A stretch of 64,000 nt of DNA from Chlorobiaceae bacterium (GTDB taxonomy: Bacteria; Bacteroidota; Chlorobiia; Chlorobiales; Chlorobiaceae): contig JAFGMZ010000096.1 in the NCBI GenBank assembly GCA_016927285.1, positions 1,553 through 65,552 on the forward strand. Direction: 5' to 3'. Positions 60,548 to 64,000 of this stretch are shown in pieces; the stretch's first letter is position 1, and every line of letters starts with the position of its first letter. The notes under the pieces are model-generated. The model saw only the letters and a list, made by a program, of their open reading frames with translations, was not told where the DNA came from and searched no databases. The position numbers were made by a program, and so were the translations under genes.

Positions 60548-60720
60548 ATGTGATGAATTGCGAGAGAAGGATTTTGCGAACCATTAATACACTCAGCGCT
60601 GCCATTGCTCAAGCTGCACGAGGCTTGAAAAGCATGGAAGAGAATCCTGATGTTCTCCAGTCCATCGTTGGATGGAACTGGATATTGAAATCGTTATGAC
60701 TGCAAATTGGAATCAGAATA
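60548..60720 (+). mobile_element. IS630-family 3' end fragment
   Basis: DELREK.F...[15 protein letters not shown] resembles the IS630 transposase C-terminus; terminal-repeat-like AATTGGAATCA follows. Confidence 0.6.
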
Positions 60721-60827
60721 TGTCGGCTGCCCATTGTTATTTGTTCAGTCCTTTCGACGAAGCTTCAAGTGCGCCGTTATCGGGATGCAACGCGGCGATC
60801 TGATTGGCTGGAATTATTATGGCAGCA

Positions 60828-60857
60828 AAAAAACCGGAATGAGGTTTTCGGTTTTTT
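60828..60857. terminator. Terminator hairpin at the end of the DUF3793 gene
   Basis: AAAAAACCGG-loop-TCGGTTTTTT. Confidence 0.7.
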
Positions 60858-61467
60858 ATGCGGCCTCAAGATATTGTGAGGCGAGACTGCGAGCGGACTG
60901 ATAACGGGCTTTTTTTCTTATTGATGGTTCAGGGTTACCGAAAATGCGCCATCCACAGGTTCCGCTGCATGGATCCGAGGTGATACCCATGAACCCCCAG
61001 ACATCTTTCATGGGGTATCCGAGGGCTATGCCGATTTCATGAGGTATGGAGCCTGAGGTCTGCCAGCGGCGAGTTATTTCATCGAGAAACGTTTCGCTGT
61101 TAAGTCCAAACGGGTATTTCAGAACGCAGTGCAGGATTTTTTTTGATGCCGACGAGAGGCGGCGATTTACTGCAGGCGTATTGTAAATTATTATTTTTAA
61201 GGATGTTCCATGGTCGTCGAGCAATTTATGTTCAAGATTCCATGAACTGCAGAACGATTCGGTTATCTCCTGGCTTTTTGCTGAAGTCAGCCCCGACAGC
61301 TTTTTTTTAATGATAAGCAGTTCGCCTGGTTTTTCAGCGAAGAGCACGCCTGCAGCATGAATAAATAGCCATTTTTCAAGGGCTTGCTGAGCTGTTTCCG
61401 CAGTACTCAGTTTCGATTCCCAGCGTTGCAGCTTATATTTATCGGTTTTTGAAAAACAGTGCGTCAT
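60856..61467 (-). CDS. DUF3793 family protein
   Basis: AGVL..EKPGEL, PHEIGIALGYP.KDV.GF, GWRIFG. Confidence 0.82.
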   Translation of the reverse strand: MTHCFSKTDKYKLQRWESKLSTAETAQQALEKWLFIHAAGVLFAEKPGELLIIKKKLSGLTSAKSQEITESFCSSWNLEHKLLDDHGTSLKIIIYNTPAVNRRLSSASKKILHCVLKYPFGLNSETFLDEITRRWQTSGSIPHEIGIALGYPMKDVWGFMGITSDPCSGTCGWRIFGNPEPSIRKKARYQSARSLASQYLEAA

Positions 61468-62207
61468 TGTTCAGCAGCAGTTTTAATTGAACTGTTTTCT
61501 ATTGAAGTATTTTTCCCGTTTTTTGCTTTGCCATTCACCCCCTTGCCGACGCTCTCTATTTCGATAGTTTCGATCTGCGATGCCATGGTAACTGAGAGCG
61601 GAATAATTCTTTCGTGAACGGAGATTCTTAAAGGTCCATTGAATGGAGCTTTGTCGATCATCTGGCACTGCGCGCCCGGAATGAGCCCCATATCGCTTAT
61701 GTATTTAAGCAGCTCGGGATCTGTTGTCTGCAATGCGACAATCGTTAGTACTGCTCCGTCTTCAGCTGCGGCAAGCGTTTTCAGGTTTCTTTCAGCCAGT
61801 TCTCCTTCTCTGGATGGAATGTCATGGCCGTGAGGATCATATTTCGGAAAATCAAGCATCTCATCAAGCGCGTCGGCAAGACGATCGGATATCACATGCT
61901 CAAGCTTGCAGGCTTCGTCATGAACTTCGTGCAGACCGTAACCGGCATGTTTGAATAGAAATGTTTCGATAAGTCTTCTTTTTCGGAGCATCATGCAGGC
62001 AGTTATACGCCCTTTTTCGCTCAGGCTGACATGTTCTCTCCATTCATGGATGAGATAACCGTCCCGGGTAAGATGCTTGACCTTTTCGGAAACCGTCGAA
62101 AGACTGTAACCAAGCGCAGCAGCTATCTCGCTTATTGACGCATTCGGGTGCTTCCTGGTCAGGCGGAAGATCGTCTGGATGTACATTTCACTGGATTCGC
62201 TGGGCAT
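61464..62207 (-). CDS. DtxR/IdeR/MntR family metal-dependent repressor with FeoA domain
   Basis: EMYIQTIFRL HTH, RRLIETFL, HDEACKLEH, DPHGHDIP, C-terminal MGLIPG...APFNGPL. Confidence 0.92.
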   Translation of the reverse strand: MPSESSEMYIQTIFRLTRKHPNASISEIAAALGYSLSTVSEKVKHLTRDGYLIHEWREHVSLSEKGRITACMMLRKRRLIETFLFKHAGYGLHEVHDEACKLEHVISDRLADALDEMLDFPKYDPHGHDIPSREGELAERNLKTLAAAEDGAVLTIVALQTTDPELLKYISDMGLIPGAQCQMIDKAPFNGPLRISVHERIIPLSVTMASQIETIEIESVGKGVNGKAKNGKNTSIENSSIKTAAEQ

Positions 62208-62284
62208 AATTGCTTTATCGTACGGGTTTCATATTCTGTTTGCGAGGTGGCTGTTTTTTACTTCTTTTTATATTGAATAAAAGC

Positions 62285-62311
62285 TTTTATTTAGACAATG
62301 TCAAAATAAAA
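62285..62311. promoter_or_regulatory. 27-bp near-perfect palindromic operator upstream of the DtxR-family gene
   Basis: TTTTATTTAGACA-A-TGTCAAAATAAAA; arms differ at one position. Confidence 0.75.
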
Positions 62312-62321
62312 GGAGCAGGGA

Positions 62322-62978
62322 TCAGATGAGCTTGAATGCAAGAGGTACGGTCACGCTTATCTGTCCAAGACCGAAACTTGTCGGAGATGGAAACGGGCCG
62401 GCTTTTCGTACAGCTTCCAGGGCAGCCTTGTCGAGTGATGCATATCCTGAAGATTTTACGATTCCTGCAGAGATAATGGCTCCGCCGGATCCGATTGTAA
62501 CGTTTACGATGACGGTTCCTTCATGCTGCAGATTACGGGCAAATGGCGGGTAGTGTTTTTTCGTCTCTATTCGGGTTCTTACGATAGAGAGATATTTTCC
62601 GGATTGAGGCGCAGGAGTATCCTGCAGAGGCAAGACAGGGGAGCTTACCGCTGCAGGCTCCTGCCGGGTGAGAGGAGGAGTGTCACCCGGAGATGATGGT
62701 TCAGGTGGGACTGGTGCAGGAAGCTGTTTTTTTTGGGTTTTTGCCGTTTTCTTTTTGACTGGCACTGTTTCAGGCTTTTTGACTTTTTCTGTTAACGGTT
62801 TTTTAGCAGGACAGGGCTGTTCTTGCTGTTGGGCAACAGCGGTTTTAATCGAAAAGGTAATGCATGGTTCTGAGTCCATTTTTTCGTTCCGATTCATTTC
62901 CATGAATGGTATCAATATTGTAAGATGAAGCAGTATTGATATTCCGAAAACGCTATGTCGAACTCGTTGCATTTTCAT
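62322..62978 (-). CDS. tonB: Energy transducer TonB
   Basis: N-terminal TM with SxxxH, Pro/Lys-rich linker, YPPFAR..EGTV, SSG..SLDKAAL. Confidence 0.92.
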   Translation of the reverse strand: MKMQRVRHSVFGISILLHLTILIPFMEMNRNEKMDSEPCITFSIKTAVAQQQEQPCPAKKPLTEKVKKPETVPVKKKTAKTQKKQLPAPVPPEPSSPGDTPPLTRQEPAAVSSPVLPLQDTPAPQSGKYLSIVRTRIETKKHYPPFARNLQHEGTVIVNVTIGSGGAIISAGIVKSSGYASLDKAALEAVRKAGPFPSPTSFGLGQISVTVPLAFKLI

Positions 62979-63382
62979 TCCGGATCTCGCTTTTCGGTTA
63001 CAATGGCGATATCTTCTACACCAGCTTGTTTTGCCTTGTCCATGATTTCAATGACTCGACCGAAATCAACGGTTTTATCGGCCATAAGGTGAATCGATTT
63101 GTCCTTTCTATTTTCAAGCATCGACTGTATTTCGATTCTGAACTGGTTATCAGATATCGGGCGATTGTTAAGATAGATCTGCTTGCTGCTGTTTATGCTG
63201 ACCGTAATTTCCGGCTCTTCTGATACGACAGCGGAGGAGGCTTCAGGCAGATTGACCGGGAGTACGGGTTTCGCATAGATCGATGTCAGCAGGAAAAAGA
63301 TCAGCAGCTGAAAAACGATATCGATCATCGGCGTCATATCGATATGTTTTTTTTCAGGTATGTTTTCTCCGAAATCGATCAT
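62975..63382 (-). CDS. exbD: Biopolymer transport protein ExbD
   Basis: IDMTPMIDIVFQLLIFF, VNLP, ADK; start overlaps the exbB stop (ATGA). Confidence 0.93.
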   Translation of the reverse strand: MIDFGENIPEKKHIDMTPMIDIVFQLLIFFLLTSIYAKPVLPVNLPEASSAVVSEEPEITVSINSSKQIYLNNRPISDNQFRIEIQSMLENRKDKSIHLMADKTVDFGRVIEIMDKAKQAGVEDIAIVTEKRDPE

Positions 63383-63984
63383 CGGCCGGCTCCAAGATGT
63401 TTGATTGCTTCCGTTCCGTAATGTTTCATCTGCCATGCAAATGCCTGAACCCGGTGTTCGAGAAAATGGTGCGATACCATCGCAGGAATGGCTATGATGA
63501 GACCGGCAACCGTTGTGATCAAGGCCTCCCAGATACCTCCTGCAAGCATCGACGGATCAATGGCGCTTTTGGCTTCCGAAACTGTCTGAAAAGCTTCAAC
63601 CAGACCGGTCACTGTACCAAGCAGCCCAAGAAGAGGAGCGAGCTGCCCTACCAGTTCGATCACATGCAGGTTCTGATTAAGGCGCTTGAGTTCCGAAGAG
63701 CCTCGAAGATTGATGACCTCCTCAAGCTGTTCTTTCGATGTGCCGATATGGCGCAAACCTTCTTCGAGCACGGCAGCGACAGGCCCGGGAGCATTTGCAG
63801 CGAGTTCGATTGCTTGCGGGATATCGTTTTTTTCAATTAGTTCATGAATGGCTGCCGGTATTTCAGGTTTCCTGCCAGCAAGGTAATAGACAATGGCACG
63901 TTCAAGAGTATAGCCAAGTGCTATAATGGAGCCGAAAATAAGCGGGTACATCACGAAACCGCCCTTGATAAAGAGATCGAACAT
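63379..63984 (-). CDS. exbB: MotA/TolQ/ExbB proton channel protein
   Basis: GGFVMYPL, APLLGLLGTV.G, GIWEALITTVAGL..AIP. Confidence 0.93.
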   Translation of the reverse strand: MFDLFIKGGFVMYPLIFGSIIALGYTLERAIVYYLAGRKPEIPAAIHELIEKNDIPQAIELAANAPGPVAAVLEEGLRHIGTSKEQLEEVINLRGSSELKRLNQNLHVIELVGQLAPLLGLLGTVTGLVEAFQTVSEAKSAIDPSMLAGGIWEALITTVAGLIIAIPAMVSHHFLEHRVQAFAWQMKHYGTEAIKHLGAGR

Positions 63985-64000
63985 TATGAAGATCTTGATT

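Noticed and set aside
60256-60699. 147-aa ORF as a real gene
   Set aside because: Chimera of the antisense IS3 fragment and the IS630 tail

Overview
This 64-kb window looks like green sulfur bacterium (Chlorobiaceae) chromosome: it carries a chlorosome CsmI-type protein and crtB. All calls come from reading motifs by eye; no database searches were run. Left to right: (i) the end of an LptF/G-type permease gene, an SLC13 permease, and a PlsC-type acyltransferase + GNAT N-acyltransferase pair; (ii) a phosphate-uptake cluster (porin, pstS x2, pstCAB, phoU x2), where an 11-bp-periodic Pho-box-like motif precedes the porin, pstC and also the acyltransferase pair; (iii) RND efflux genes, DoxX-like and His-motif membrane proteins, a pentapeptide-repeat protein, a GT2, an SDR, a Nif11-leader RiPP-like precursor and a chlorophyllase-like alpha/beta hydrolase; (iv) a large FAD/Fe-S oxidoreductase, a patatin-like protein, a frameshifted DUF2461 gene and a DAACS symporter; (v) housekeeping genes rimO, tgt, lysS, crtB, hflX, ybeY, plus a TPR pseudogene, a UpxY-type antiterminator with an epimerase, and a CsmI-DUF4332 fusion; (vi) from about 46.8 kb to the end, a metal/tetrapyrrole-acquisition island. 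The island has three TonB-dependent receptors (two share a homologous leader resembling an eroded cobalamin riboswitch), a cytochrome c, an atypical ABC ATPase, a permease-DUF4857 fusion, two lipoprotein CbiX-type chelatases flanking a PepSY-TM gene, DUF3793, a DtxR-family regulator with a repeated palindromic operator, and TonB/ExbD/ExbB. It is interrupted by a relic mosaic of a group IIC intron 5' end, IS3 and IS630 fragments. Best candidates for an undescribed system: the exported-chelatase island, the Pho-linked aminolipid module and the orphan Nif11 precursor.
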